NCBI RefSeq assembly: GCF_000143415.4
Contig: NW_003314383.1
Span: forward strand, 186,001-250,000
Reading direction: 5' to 3'
Length of the DNA: 64,000 bases
From: Selaginella moellendorffii
Taxonomy: Eukaryota; Plantae; Lycopodiophyta
The position numbers and the translations under genes are program-made. The notes beneath the pieces are model-generated. The model worked only from the letters and a program-made list of their open reading frames with translations, was not told the origin of the DNA and did not search any database. Positions 11,850-24,815 of this stretch are shown here, in pieces. Numbering within the stretch: position 1 is the stretch's first letter; the number at the start of each line of letters is the position of its first letter.

Positions 11850-12540
11850 ATGGGAGGAAGCAAGGTATGGCGACCGCATTCGTTTTCCTTCTAGAGCCAT
11901 TGCCTTCGCGCATTTTCTTTGCAGCGTTCTGGGGATTTGCTGGCTCTGGAGCGCATCACTCCTCTGGGTAAGCGTTTATTTTTTTCACGGATCGATCGCC
12001 TCAAGGTCAAATGCGCTCTTTTGATTTTGACCAGAAAAGAGATTGCGTGTATGTAATGAAGGGGAAAATCCAACGGAACAATCTTCTGATCGTCTGTCAG
12101 TCTTGAGCAGGGTCAAAGAATTTTTACCTTTGATAGACACGGCAAATCGCAAGCTTTCTTCGGATGATCAGGTTTTTGTTCGTGTGATTTCTTCTTTGGG
12201 ATTTACCTTTCAAATCCAGGAGAAAGGCTCAGCGAAACTAGACATAGAGCACTTGACGAATGGAGAAGAAGCTCCTCACATTCGAATGGTACGTGAACTT
12301 TGGGAACTTCCACTGACCGGATTTGCAATATCCAGGACCTGGCACTCGGAGTCACGGAACTTTACACGCCGGAAGCCATTTTAGCAGCACAGCAAGCAGT
12401 GGGCGGCCGCGTCCAAGATCAACCGGAGCTTCTAAGCAACTCAAGTGATTCCGCCGAGCAAGACACTGGAGAAGAAGAATCCGAAGAATCCGAAGAAGAA
12501 GAAGAAGAAGAAGAAGAAGGACCAGAAGAAGTAGAAGAAC

Positions 12541-12574
<34 letters not shown>

Positions 12575-12617
12575 AAAACGAGACGATGAAGGAGAAGATG
12601 AAGAAGAAAATCAATGA
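11850..12617 (+). CDS. NOPCHAP1 / DUF4598 (C12orf45-like) protein with a Glu-rich tail, 5 exons
   Basis: Spliced MGGSK|RSGDLLALE...|...SVLSRVKEFLPLIDTANRKL...|...LDIEHL...PHIRM|DLALGVTEL matches the DUF4598 motifs FLP-x4-AN and M-D-L-x-LGV; telo-box TTAGGGTTT at 11837-11845. Confidence 0.8.
12470..12610 (+). repeat. GAA-rich trinucleotide tract encoding poly-Glu
   Basis: Direct reading. Confidence 0.9.
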
Positions 12618-13246
12618 ATGAAGACCTCAACAAGAACTGACGACTCTTCAAGCAAACATACGTGATCTATTCACAAGGAATGTTTTTACAGAGAAGATTT
12701 GAGATGGCCACCTTTGATCCTCCACCCTGACAATCGCGATGTAGATCGAGGAGCTTGGCTTTCCCGGGCGGTTTAGAGTTATATGCCGCTGTGTGGCCAT
12801 TGGTGGATGACCAAAGCTTCTACGCTAGTGGAGAGAAGTTCGCGATGCTGCTCTAGAACCTCGTCACTTTGCGGCCTCCATGGAATCGGAGTCGTCGTTA
12901 ATGGCAATGAAGGCAGCGTATCAACACCATCGAGCTTTATAGCTTTGGCACACCTGCAAAACTTGCGTGCCAAGAGAAATTTGAGACGGTGTCACAGCTT
13001 GATCAAGACTTACATGAGAAGGTCGCGCGAGGATATTATTCCATGAGGGAGAACCGATCTCGAAGTCCAGCATTGGCTTGCTTTTTATTTTTCGTAACGC
13101 AATCGCAAATAGTAGTGAAGTCTTCCTGCAAGCAACACGAGTTAGAACGGGAAACTTTCAAGAATGGAGCTCAGAGCTAGACTGTTCTTGGGAAGTACCA
13201 AAGTGATCCACAAAAGCCATACCTTTTGCTGATTACGAAGATGTTG

Positions 13247-14317
13247 TCACGCGATCCACGTCTCAACGGCGTCACAGCACACGAGGCACGGGATGCTCCA
13301 GGTCTGAGCACACTTGTCGACGCTCTCCTTGCACAAGTCGCACAGCACCAGATGCCCGCACGGAATGGCAAACCATCGAGCCGAAGCTGCGCAATCCTTG
13401 CAGAGCTTGCACGTCACCCCACTGCATTGGTTCAGAGATGGCGGGATGTTCTCGACGTTGTCCAGGAATATGTTGCGGCTGAACAAGGAGTCCTGGAAGG
13501 TGTCGCTTGGCTGCAGAGCTGGAGAAGGCCGTGGCTCTGGCAACTTCTTCGCCTGCTCGAGCCTCGTAGCCTCTGTGGTGGCCGGCGGGACACTCTTGAG
13601 GACTACGTGTGTCGCTGGTCCCAAACCCACTGGCTCGACTTTCGGCTCACAGATTTCCGGCCACGCACGAATGAAGTCGCTCAGTTTCTCGAAACCAAGT
13701 GCTGTGTGGTCGATCTCCAGCCCACAGGTTGCCCGGAAGTCGCCTTTGAGCGAGCAGAGTGGATAAGATTCCCCTTCCTCGAGGCGCTTGGAAACCTCGG
13801 TCAGAAAACCAGGCAGCCAGTCTCGGAACCTCTGAGCCCAGGGAGGAAGCGATGGAGAATTCACCAGGCTTGCCGGAGGAGCGTCTTCCTTCTTCGAGAT
13901 GTCATCGGCTTGCGGGAGTAAGTCTTTGGCAACACGAGCGTCCAGCACGTCGATCATAGTCTGCCAGGCATGAAAAAGAATGAAGCTTTGGAGAATTTTC
14001 AGCAGCGTACCCTCTTTCCATAGATGTACCCGCTCTTCGTCCGGGTCGCTTCAAGGAAAGAGTTCTTGTTCCTGAATGTCACGATGCCAAACCTCCCTCG
14101 CTGGCCGTCGGCCGAATGGAATGGAAGCACGACCGCGTCCAAGACCGGGCCGAAATTCTCCTCGAGGAAGCAAAACAGGGCCTCTGCAGACAAATGCGCG
14201 AGATTACGAGGCGATCGATGGAAATATCTGCGTAGAAGAGAGGGATTTCGATCGCGAGCGCGAGCGCTTACCCGAATCGACGAACTCAGGCAAGCCGGAG
14301 AAGAGAACCTTCTTCAT
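13247..14317 (-). CDS. RRM + OST-HTH/LOTUS + C-terminal RING (C3HC4-type) protein, 3 exons
   Basis: MKKVLFSGLP (RNP2) and RGRFGIVTF (RNP1); YPLCSLKGDFRATCGLEIDHTALGFEKLSDFIRAWPEIC (LOTUS); CKLC...PCGHLVLCDLC...CLVC (RING). Confidence 0.85.
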
Positions 14318-14636
14318 TCTGCGTGAATCGGAGCCCGCCAGCGCTGCGCATTCACTCGAGATGGATCCTGACCTCGACAGCTGCTGGATGAGCGAATTAC
14401 CCGCGCATTTGGCCCGATCGCTCGGGCGCCTAAGGCCTAGCATCACTCTGTTCTAGGGTTTTAACGTCCCTCCATTTGTTATATACCTCATCTGGTGGTC
14501 ATTCCGGATGGAAAGTCCAGAAGATTATAGCCCTACATTTTAAAAAGCCCGCCACTGACCTTTATCTTCTAAAAGTCATCCCCGCCGTCCGTTGCCATTG
14601 AAAGCATCCAGATCGTCCAGTTCCTATGGATGAGCT

Positions 14637-16032
14637 ATGGCGGTCTTTAGTGCGTTCCTTCCCATTCCGCCACTTTGCTCGCGACGACGATCATGTCAAA
14701 TATTTCGAGAAAGGCGCCATGGAGCAGCTCGAGCATCCAAGAATTCCTGCATTGTAGGGGCGCTCGTCATCGATGGCCCTTGCGCCAATCCCCAAACCCT
14801 CGAGGATTCGATCGATCAGGTATTCTCTCGAGGTTCGCTCTGCGACTTACCGCCGCGGTTCAGGCTAGAGAAGCAATCCAAAGAGCTGTGGACGATGGCA
14901 AGAAAACGCAGCAGCTAGAGCTTCTACTCCCGGTGAACCAGCGAGAATTTAATTTTCTCGACACGGAGCCGAGGTACTTTCTATGTTCTATAATTCCAGA
15001 GCTACCTATAGATTTTTCGCTCGAGCAGGGACTATCCTTGTGGTGTTGGAGAGGAATTCCAGGCTTGCAGCAAAATGGTCACCGCAATTTTTCGTGGAAT
15101 GCAAGAAGGTGGCCAAGCACTGGATTCACGAAGAATTGGCGAAGTTGAGAACGAGATGGATCCAGTCGGATTGATCTATCCTTCGTCGAAGACCATTGCA
15201 GCCGTGGTCTTTCCTATAGCCGAGACACTCAACCAGGTAAGTTCCTCTCTCTCGAATCCTTGGTTTTGGATTATAAAGCTTTCTCATGGCAGATTAGATC
15301 TTTGGTCAAGAGCGATCCAACAAGGCCACTTCTTCTGGTAAATCCACAGTGGAAAGCATCGGGCCAAGTTGTTTCGGACTTTGGATTTGGACCATGGAAA
15401 AGGTTGGTTTTTGAGATGTTTTTCATCGACTTTTGATAATCATATTTACAGGAAAGCTGAGGAATTCTTGGAAAATTTCGAGAGAGTCTACAGCCTCATT
15501 GAGCAACGAATCGGAGAAGCCTCAAACGTTACATCCTCTTCCACTGGAGGAGTGGTCCGGCTTCTAAAATGTTATTCCTATGACTGGCACGTAAGTTTGA
15601 GCTTTAGGACTACGAGAAAAAAAATCGTCCTCATGGTTTTTGGTGGGTGGAAACAGGTATACTTGATGTCCTGGGATGGAAACAGCGAGCTCCTTGGAAA
15701 GTTTCCAAACCAGCCGACGTATAAAGAGCTTGAAAGCCTCGTTTCACAGGTATCGCTGCTCGAAATCGTTCTTCTCATGTTAACGTTGATGTGTCCAGGC
15801 ACGAAAGGCGATGCCATGGAAAGCACCTCCAAGGATGCTTGGTGGCTCAGAGCCAGCACCACCTCCACTGCCGAAATCTCTTTCAGCGCCACTCACAGCC
15901 GATGAGATTGATGCTATGGAGGCAGCGGCAGTGAGGCGTGCATTGATCGCCCTGGGCCAGCCATCATCCGGAAGAATCTCTACTCTGAGAGAAAGATTGA
16001 AAGAAGCTCAGCTCCAAAGACCGTCAGCCTAA
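14637..16032 (+). CDS. Plastid DUF1995-domain protein with a C-terminal SAP motif, multi-exon
   Basis: Transit-like N-terminus; PQTLEDSIDQ|AREAIQRAVDDGKKTQQLELLLP; GGVVRLLKCYSYDWH; final exon MEAAAVRRALIALGQPSSGRISTLRERLK (SAP-like). Confidence 0.75.
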
Positions 16033-16059
16033 AACCTTTGCGTTTTTTTAACACGTACA

Positions 16060-18953
16060 CTATATATCAGCTCTCGAGGAAGATAACAGTGGAAGACCAA
16101 GCGCAACGATGGAGTAAGGCGGCAGTGAGAGTTCCATGTCGGTTGCCGCGCTAAGGAACAAGCTCGTTATAGGCACCACCTGTAAAAAATTCTCTATTGC
16201 TCGATCGTGAATAGAATGGACTTGGCTTACCTTATGAGGATTCTGGAACGAGTTTTCATCCATGAGGCTTTCGCTAGAAAGAACTGTGATGGTCGAAGCA
16301 AAAATATCGATCTCGTTGGACAAAACTCCCTCCAGAGACACTCGAATCTCTACTGGAAACTGTCCATAGTTCACAGCCTGCTCGACGTAATCACTCGTTA
16401 GCATGCTATGCGAAAAGAATTCTTTACCTTTAACACGAGGCTGGTTCCATCTTCTATGCGTACAGCAGATAAAACTACGGGTACCGCGCTTGTGTTTAAA
16501 CTCTCGACCGCGAACGGTAAAAGTTTTGCCCCGTTTGACATCTTAAAGAAGTGCTGCATCCAATAGCTTGGTGTTCCATACTGTTGCCATGAATCGAAAA
16601 CTATAGCATCGGGATTCCATCTAGACAAGATACCAAAGCTTGTCAGTAAAAATTTGAGAACTTAGAAAATAGTTTCCATACCGCCTGTTGTTTGTGTTGA
16701 CAAACAATGGAGCATAGCTTGCCATTTCGACTATGTCACTGCCAAGGTGCTTCGTTCATTAGCAGGACAAGACAAAGAGAAGAATGCTTTGATCAAACCT
16801 GTTGAGCTCTATACCAATCAGGAATGCTGCTTCCGCAAGAGCAGCAAGAAAGCTTCCCTGTCCTGCGTCGCTCTTGACAACTGCATACTCGCTCACAAAA
16901 ACCTGTAGAATACACATTGCAATAAATATACCGGTGCTTGTAATCACATCTGATACCTTCGGACCATCCCTGGAAACGTGATTGAATTTATGAACCATCG
17001 AGAACAAAGTGTTTGCAGACGTATAGATCTGAAAGAGAGAGCGTAAAAAAAATTTCGAGATAAAAACAGGCTTTACGTACATGGAAATCGAACAGATCAG
17101 CCGGGTGACCAAGAGGTTTTAGTGTTCCATCGCAGTTAGATATCAGATTGATATCTGGATATGCTTCCTTTATCGCATAGTAGAACTTTAGATAGTTCGC
17201 TGCAGCCAAAGTCTGAATAAGTTAAACAATAGAGTATCCAAATAAGTAGCTCACCGTGGTAGTACTGCCTCTCGCAGTCTTCATTACCAATAGCCATGTA
17301 GAAAAGAGGGAAAGGTTCGGGATGTCCCATAGCCTCGCGAACTCGACCCCATTTACTAGTCATAGGTCCCCTTGCAAACTCAATACCGTCAAGAATGTCC
17401 TGATAGTGTAAAAGTATTTTACGTATTTCACGAGACAACCAGGTTTTCTTAAGTGATCCAAACCTGAATGAAAGGATCAAGAAGCTCCGGTAAAACCTCG
17501 TCCGAGTGACTGATCCCTGCAAGAACAAAACATGCAACAACTCAAAATACTACTCCAAGCTTCCAAAAATGTACCGTTATTGAAAACCCAGACAGGCAAG
17601 GTCTCCAGGTCCTCTGAAAGCTAAAAGCTTCATCACTTGAGTAACTACGTCGCGAAGCTTGAAAAAAAGGGAGTACCTGGAGAAGCTCAAAAAACCCGAG
17701 CCCGTCATCCGACCAATAATTCCACTTATCACCAAAATGACCAGGCCTTTCCTCCCAGGGGCCGACTGTATCTCTCCATCTCCACGCGTTTCGCAGGCTT
17801 CCACCTTCAACATAACATCCGCCTGGAAAGAGTTGTGCTTAACTTGAAAAGCCTGATAGATTTCGTCACCTGGAAAACGAACGAATCCTGGCTTTAAATC
17901 TTCAAGCATGAGCGCAAGCTCCTTTCGGAATCCATGTCCCTGCGCAGAAGATATTGGAAACGTATGTTCCGATGCACGAGTTACCTTGTACGTCTCTTCA
18001 GGCATCGCTGAAACCTGGTCGAGCCATAACACTCTTTTGTGCATGCTTGTCAGAGCAAGTCGAGCGTAGTGATCGGTGTCAAAAGCTTCCAAAACCATCT
18101 CGTGTTTGCTCCATTCCTCTGCCTCTGAAGCGTCCAATCTTTCCAGAGTGTGCATTAGAACGAGAGGAAGAGCTAGGTAATAAAAAAAGAGACTTACATG
18201 AGATCACTTTGAGCCAAAGTTGTTGTTCCATCTCTTGACGTAAACGCAATGGAAAGATTGACTTTGTCGAGAGATCGTATCCAGAGAGAAACTTTGTATG
18301 TGTTCCCAGCTCGAATGTCCTAAAAACAAAACATGATCAGCTCCAAGCTTTGCATGCAAGAAACTGCGACGATCACCATTCCCCAAAAGCCTGGATTGGC
18401 GATTCCCACCCCACCTTCCACCTCTCGAAGTACTTCCATCCTCAAAGCAACTGGGTTTCGCTCAAAGCAAGAGGATCGTTCCGACTCCAGCCACACCTGG
18501 GAGTCGTCACCAATCGCGTACCATGGCGCTAAGTTGGATGGAGTGTTTTGGCCCCCAGACTCAAATCCTATAGAGAAAAATCGTATCAAATTCCATGGAC
18601 AAGAAGATAGAAAAGAATCACAAAACCAGGCATCGCTCTTCGAGAAAAGGTAAAGAAATCCATCTCGGGAGACGAATTTGAAAGAAAGAATTACCTCTGT
18701 TACTGACGAGCTCGGCCCAGAGACCTCCTCCCCCTGCATGGTTGATTTCCTGGGCGATCGATCGAAATTTCAGACAAAATCGATGAAAAAATGCAGCTCA
18801 AACCTCGAAGAACACTCCAAACAGCGTGGATGGAATCCTCCGGCCAGCGCTTCCAGCATCCACTCGCATGGCGAGATCGGCGGCATCGATCGCTCGCGGC
18901 GCCACGAAAGCGAAGACGAAGAACACCGCTAGCAGCATAATAGAGGAGCTCAT
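16060..18953 (-). CDS. Alpha-L-arabinofuranosidase, GH51 (ASD1-like), many exons
   Basis: Signal peptide; IPSTLFGVFFE|EINHAG; LKPGFVRFPG; AIGNEDC; FVSEYAV; RWNPDAIVF; GTPSYWMQHFF; LPPYSIVAL. Confidence 0.93.
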
Positions 18954-18994
18954 TATTTACTCTCTTTTTTTTAGGGTTCTTGGCCTTAGGGATT

Positions 18995-21888
18995 ATGGCC
19001 AAAAAAGCGAAGAGGAGGACGCAGCAGCGATTTCGTCCACCGCGGCCGGATCAGCAGCCCTCTGGTGAGTGTAGCGATGAATCTCCATCTCCAGCAGTGG
19101 AATCAGCTCCTGGCGAGCATAGGAATGGCGATGGATTGGAGCTAGAACAGGCGGTCAAGTGCCGGCATTTCACCCGCGGGGTGGATGTCGAGAAGCTCGG
19201 GGAGAAGCTGCGAGAGGCCGCCTCGCAGCACTGCCTGGATTGCTCTAAGAAGCAGCCAAAGGATGGGAAGAAGAAGCCGGTGAATCGAAAGAAGAACCAG
19301 CAAGAGAACGAGGACTCCTCCTCGCTGTGGTTTTGCCTGGCCTGTGCTCACGTCGGGTGTGCTAAGTCTGTGGAGGAGACTTCGTCGGCAGTCCAGCTCC
19401 CTCTCGGACATGGTCATGCTATCGAGCACTTTAGGAGGAACAGGCATCCTTTCGTTCTCCAATGCGGGGATGCGAGTTCTATATGGTGCTTGGATTGTCA
19501 GGGAAGTATCGCGACGCAGGCTTCGATCATAGATGGTTTTCCTGGTCTCGGAGCCAGGGGAAAGCTTCTGCAGCAGGCAGTGAGGCTGATCCAGGAGAGT
19601 TCGATGAGTGAAAGTGATGGTGCTGGGAAAGGAAAGGAGGAGAACGAGAGCGTGAGTGCTACTCGTTCCGCTACTTCTACTTCAGTGGAGTGCTCGTCAC
19701 CGAAGAATGGGATCGTCCGGGGTCTCGTCAACTTGGGGAATACGTGCTTCTTCAACTCGGTCATGCAAAACTTGCTCGCGGTGAGGTACTTGAAGGACTA
19801 CTTTCTCAATCCTGTCGCTGGTGGTGCTTCCGAGGGACCTCTCACGTCTGCGCTGAGGAGGTTCTTCCTCGAGATCAATGGTGACAATCTGGAAGCGTTC
19901 TCGGGGAATGCCAAGAAGCGGCATCGCGACTATACTACGTATAATCCGAAGGGTTTGTTTGGAGCGCTGTGTTCGAAGTCTTCTCGGTTTTCTGGCTATC
20001 ACCAACAGGATAGCCACGAGTTGCTGCGATGCCTTCTCGACGGTCTTCAGGTCGAGGGGAAACATAAAGAGTCGGAGGAGAAGAACTCAACCAACGGAAA
20101 AGAAGATCATACGTTCGTCGACCATCTCTTCGGCGGACAGTTTGCGAGCACGGTTACCTGCTGTGAGTGCGGCCATTCTTCGTCAGTTTTGGAACCTTTT
20201 CTTGACGTTTCTTTGCCAATCCCTTTGTCACACAGCTCCAAGGGAACAACAAGCACTTTCAAGGTAGCAAGCAAGGTGCAAACAAACAACGCATGCTCGA
20301 AGAGGGAGGCCAAAGCGAAGAAGGCACTTGAAAGGAAAAGGAAAGTATTGCAGCCGAAAGCTTCTTTCCAGATCAAGTGCGAGAAAAACATCGGTGAAAA
20401 GATCAGCGAGACGGCCGTTGAGAAACAAGCAGAAACAGGAAGTGTGATGGATGACCTTTCGTGGCTGGACTACGTAGGGGACGACTTCGTAGATGTCACT
20501 TCTCAACAGCAGTTTTCCGACCACGATGAGAATCGGCTAGAGGTTACGGTGGCCGAAGAAGGTGGCTCGGAACTCCGTGATGAAGGGAAGGCAGTGGCAG
20601 AAGTCGATGCAACTACATCAGGTCCTCTGGGAGGTGAAGGAAAGGAAGCAGACAATGCCGATAGCATTGTAGGTGAAGGTGTTACAACTATAGCAGCTCT
20701 ACCCGGGAAAGAGGAAGAAGACCTTTCGAAAGTGGGGAAAGAGGAAGACGACCTTTCGAAAGTGGCCGATGTGACTATAACAGGTGTGGAAGATAGTGTA
20801 GATAATTCAGAGGGGCTCCCTTCTGCGGGCCCTCCTGCAGTGATTTTACTGCCATACTGGGAAGGTGACAATCAAGCATCATCGAACGTACAGGACGGCT
20901 GGGAGATGCTTGCGCCTAGCGAGGTTGATGGTATAGCAGATCTTTTTTTCGAGGAGGAGGCCAGCACTTCGGTCACTGTGTTAGGCTGCGCGGAGCGTCC
21001 TGGGACAAGCAGTACGAACGCCGCAAGTGTGGAGGAAACGGAAGAGATTGAAGACATCATCGAGAAGAGCATCACGGCAAAGTCTCTGGAGGGATGCCTC
21101 CAGGCTTTTACCAAGCTGGAAGTTCTCTCCGGTGAGAATGCGTGGGGCTGCGACAACTGCACACGGAGGTCCTGTGACTCGGCGGATTCAACGATTGTTG
21201 ATGGGGATGAGGACGGTCCTACTTGTGACGCTGAAGCTCGAGGAACGGAACCGACGTCATCTCAAGCAGGTCCATGCAGCATGGAGGAGAAAGGCGAGGA
21301 CGAAGACGGGAATGATACGTCTTGTGGCAAGCCAAAAACGAAACAGGCACACAAGGGAGGAAGCAGCAGCAGAAGCAGCAGCAGCACCAAAGTTTTGGTA
21401 AAGAGAAAGGCGACAAAGCGGCTAGTTATACGAAAGGCGCCTCCGGTGTTGACGGTTCACCTGAAGCGATTCGCCCAAGACATGCGTGGACGACTGAGCA
21501 AGCTCACGGGTCACGTAGCATTCGACGAGCTCCTCAACTTGAGCCCGTTTCTCAGCGCCTCCAGGTAAGCGCCTTTGTTTTTTCTTCCTCCCTTTTCGTT
21601 TTTCTATTCCATGGCTTTCTGGTTCTTTTGCTGGAATGTCGTGTGTAACTAATGATGCCTTTTGTCCGCTTGTTTTGCAGGGATGGCGGCTTATATCGCC
21701 TGGTTGGAGTCGTGGAGCACTCGGGCACCATGAAAGGCGGGCATTACGTCGCGTTTGTCCGTGGAGGAAGCGCCGGGGATGGCAAGGAGAATTTTTGGTA
21801 CTATATCAGCGACTCGGACGTGCGAAGAACAACGCTGGATCAAGTTTTGAGAAGCGAGGCCTACCTCCTTTTCTACGAGAGAGTTTGA
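18995..21888 (+). CDS. Ubiquitin-specific protease with zf-UBP (UBP1/UBP2, USP16/45-like); intron about 21565-21680
   Basis: Cys box [16 protein letters not shown]; QQDSHELL; VLTVHLKRF; His box GVVEHSG...GGHYVAFVR...AYLLFYER; N-terminal zf-UBP. Confidence 0.95.
20705..20764 (+). repeat. 30-bp in-frame tandem duplication inside UBP ([10 protein letters not shown] / [10 protein letters not shown])
   Basis: GGGAAAGAGGAAGAAGACCTTTCGAAAGTG is followed by GGGAAAGAGGAAGACGACCTTTCGAAAGTG. Confidence 0.85.
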
Positions 21889-22369
21889 CAGAGCCCGAGT
21901 AAGCTGGTTTCATTTTTCTCTTCTAAAATTCTTTCTGCGGATTCGCAAACCAAGTGTACAGTGGCAACAGACAAACAGCAGCATTCTCGCTGGTGGTCGA
22001 TCGATTTCAACTATTTTCTTAGCTCGATGCGGGATCCAACTGGATAGTGTAAAGCAGATCTGCGTTTCCCGTGGAGGATCAGATTTCCGATGAGATTTCC
22101 GATGTGGAGATGGAAGCTGCCGTATCCGGAGACAAGCAAAAACAAAAGACAAAGGATTCTAGAAAGAGCGTTGGACGATCTCCCGACCATTTGAAAACGC
22201 ACAGGCATATCTCTTGTCTGGCATCTTCTCGCGAGTGAAACATGGCTATGATCTTCGAATTACACGTTTTGCTTATAATGATCTCCACAAAAAAGGAAGT
22301 TTTACAACAAAAAAAAAAACCGAATAAAAAATGTATAGCAAACCTTTTTTAATTTACGCCACTAATTTT

Positions 22370-23667
22370 TCAGCTCTTGTGTTGGAAGAAATAACCTGGG
22401 AAATTTACCATGTTGATCCTGTCCGAGTAAATTACTTGGTTCTTGCAAGAACCTTGGACTCCATCCTCGATCGGGCTGGGGGTTTGGAAAATCCCCTGCG
22501 AATGCGGCCTCGAGTTGGGGAAATTCTTGAGATAGAACATTTGCTCGGGAGAGATTGTGGGCTTTTGATCCAGGATATGTTGTTGGTGGTGGCGGTGATC
22601 ACTTGTTCTAGAGCTGTTGTTATAGAGGCTGAGAGTGGGAAGATCATTGTACCGAGTATCCAGGAGGCAATTATCCACTACAGGATCACTGGAGTTTAGA
22701 GCTGAGGAAGCGTTGTGGAATTTGAGCTGATCAATCAAAGGCGCTCCACTGTTTGCAGTGAAGCTCGTGGCGGATCCAATTCCTCTCGCTCCAAGGGATC
22801 CATTGGCTTGAGCCTGATCGCCTTGCTGCTCGTTCGAGAGCATGGCGGTGAAAGAGCCCAGCCTCGGCAAGCAAATCTTGGAATCGTCAATGTCGGGCAG
22901 GGACGCCAGGACCTCCTCCAGGCACGACTCATCGTCCGCGTCCATTTTCACGTTCTCGCGGCTTGGCGCTTCTTGTGAGGCCGCGGGGCTCTTCCAATCG
23001 CTCGATTGCTTCTTGTAGATCCGGCAGAGAACCCAGTCGTCCAGCTGACCAAAAGAAAGAGGAAGAAAAACCCATCAAAACCCATCCCGCGATTGCCGAA
23101 AAGAACTCTCCCTCGCGAGAGATTGATCCAAGAACACAGATCCATATAATATAACATAGAACGCTCAAGAACACACAAGGCTCTATCACTTACCCGGAGA
23201 GATCCCTTCTTGCGCAAGCTCAATCGATTGCTGGCGCCGCTGGCGTCGGCCAATCGATACTCGTGCATGATCCAGCTCGTCTTCAATCCCTTGGGCGCTC
23301 GTCCCCTGTAGAACACCAGCGCCTTCTTCACGCCCACTTTGCATCCATCGCTGGAGATGGGCTTGTCGGTGCCAGTGGCCTTCCAGTAGCCCGACCCGGC
23401 TGCGCGGTTGGGCCGAGCTCCATTCGGGTACTTTCGATCGCGGGGGCTGAAGAAGTACCACTCGCGCTCGCCAAACAAGGCCTTGTCCGGGAGATCCCAC
23501 GGATCAAACTTGTAGAGATCCACCTCCGCGATGATTGGCACTGCGAATGGCCGCGACGCCGCCCGGCGCGCGAGGTAATGCACGACCAGCTCCTCGTCCG
23601 TGGGGTGGAATCGAAAGCCCGGCGGGAGCTGCAGTGAATTCACAGCCTTCTTCGAATTGTGCTCCAT
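22370..23667 (-). CDS. NAC transcription factor (ATAF/NAP stress-NAC-like); exons 23667-23194 and 23044-22370
   Basis: [58 protein letters not shown]|[12 protein letters not shown]. Confidence 0.95.
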
Positions 23668-23919
23668 CCAATTCGCTCGATCCCTTCGCAAAGAAGGGAG
23701 AATCCTCTCTCTTTGCTCACTCTTTCTTCCTCGCTCGCTACTTACCACTCCTCTTTCTTTGGATGGAAATTTCGCGGGCTTCCAAAATGCTTCCTAGGGA
23801 GCCTAGCTCGCAATTTAAACACTCCAGCTCCCTGGATTAAAATTTTTATCCAAAGTTACCTTGCTTATTTTTTTTGGTGGCCATCGTTTTCCCCCCGCTG
23901 GGTCATTCGCATTGGCTCC

Positions 23920-24210
23920 ATCCGATGAGTCAGCACATACAGCTGTTCGGCTAAAAGTAAAGGGAGAATGTACGTGAATATGCCACACTCGCCTGGCCTT
24001 TTTCTACAAGGTAACAGTAAAAACATGTGTCAGTCAAATGCATGCGCATGGCTCGCCGTACGCACAATCACCGCTCGCACGGTGTGGAAAATGTGCGGGG
24101 AATTATGCGGACCGGATCTTTTTTTGCTGGCGTCACTGAGGTGACGGCGGGGTGAGGTCATTTGGCGTGCCGACGACCAGCGGCCAAAATGGCAACACGC
24201 GTCCCAGATT
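23920..24210 (-). promoter_or_regulatory. Stress-type cis-element cluster upstream of NAC
   Basis: TACGTG 23971-23976, CGTCA/TGACG 24131-24146, GCCGAC (DRE core) 24169-24174 and ACGCGT 24197-24202 in a GC-rich island; short motifs, so function is inferred. Confidence 0.4.
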
Positions 24211-24579
24211 GGCGGTGAGGCCTAGATAAAGTATTTTGGGAAAAAGCTTGGACATGCCATGTTAGCTTGAGCTTAATCAGTTTTAGCAATAGTTTGTGAA
24301 TCAAAATAATTAAATATATTCCAATCTAAAGGCAGACTTTCTCTGTAAACTTTCTTTAATTCGTTAATTTACTTGTTTTGGTTTGTTATTGATATCCAAT
24401 CTAAACTTTCATAAATTTTCTCTAATTCTAATGTAATCAGTATTTGATGTTAATTTGTCTACTTTTTAAAGGATGCATAAATAAATTGCTACACTTTGCA
24501 TGTAGCAATACTTGGTTTTCTTAAAAGTAATTTTATTATTACTAATTAATCCAGTTGATCAAATAAAGTTTATAATTAT

Positions 24580-24815
24580 AAGCATGTTTGTAATTTATAA
24601 ACACAAGATTAATCTTATTGCATATCAACCATTAGATTATAGAATAAAAAATAATATACTAGAAAGGGTTTAAGAAAGTTTGTAAATTATAAACATGTTT
24701 ATAAATTATAGATACAAGATTAATTTAAATGAATAACAACCATTAGATGGTAGAATATCCTAAAATATCCAAGTATATTCTAGATATATCCATTACCTGT
24801 TTAAGCAAACCAAAA
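24580..24815. repeat. Dispersed AT-rich repeat family with related copies at about 49640-49750, 50085-50290 and 51170-51290
   Basis: Shared core such as AGAATATCCTAAAATATCCAAGTATATT and AACCATTAGAT; some copies are inverted. Confidence 0.55.

Noticed and set aside
12700-13180. Coding-like sequence between the NOPCHAP1-like and RING genes
   Set aside because: Stops in all frames and no recognisable motif; may be UTR or a gene relic
13226-13921. 231-aa plus-strand ORF
   Set aside because: Antisense shadow of the GC-rich LOTUS-RING exon
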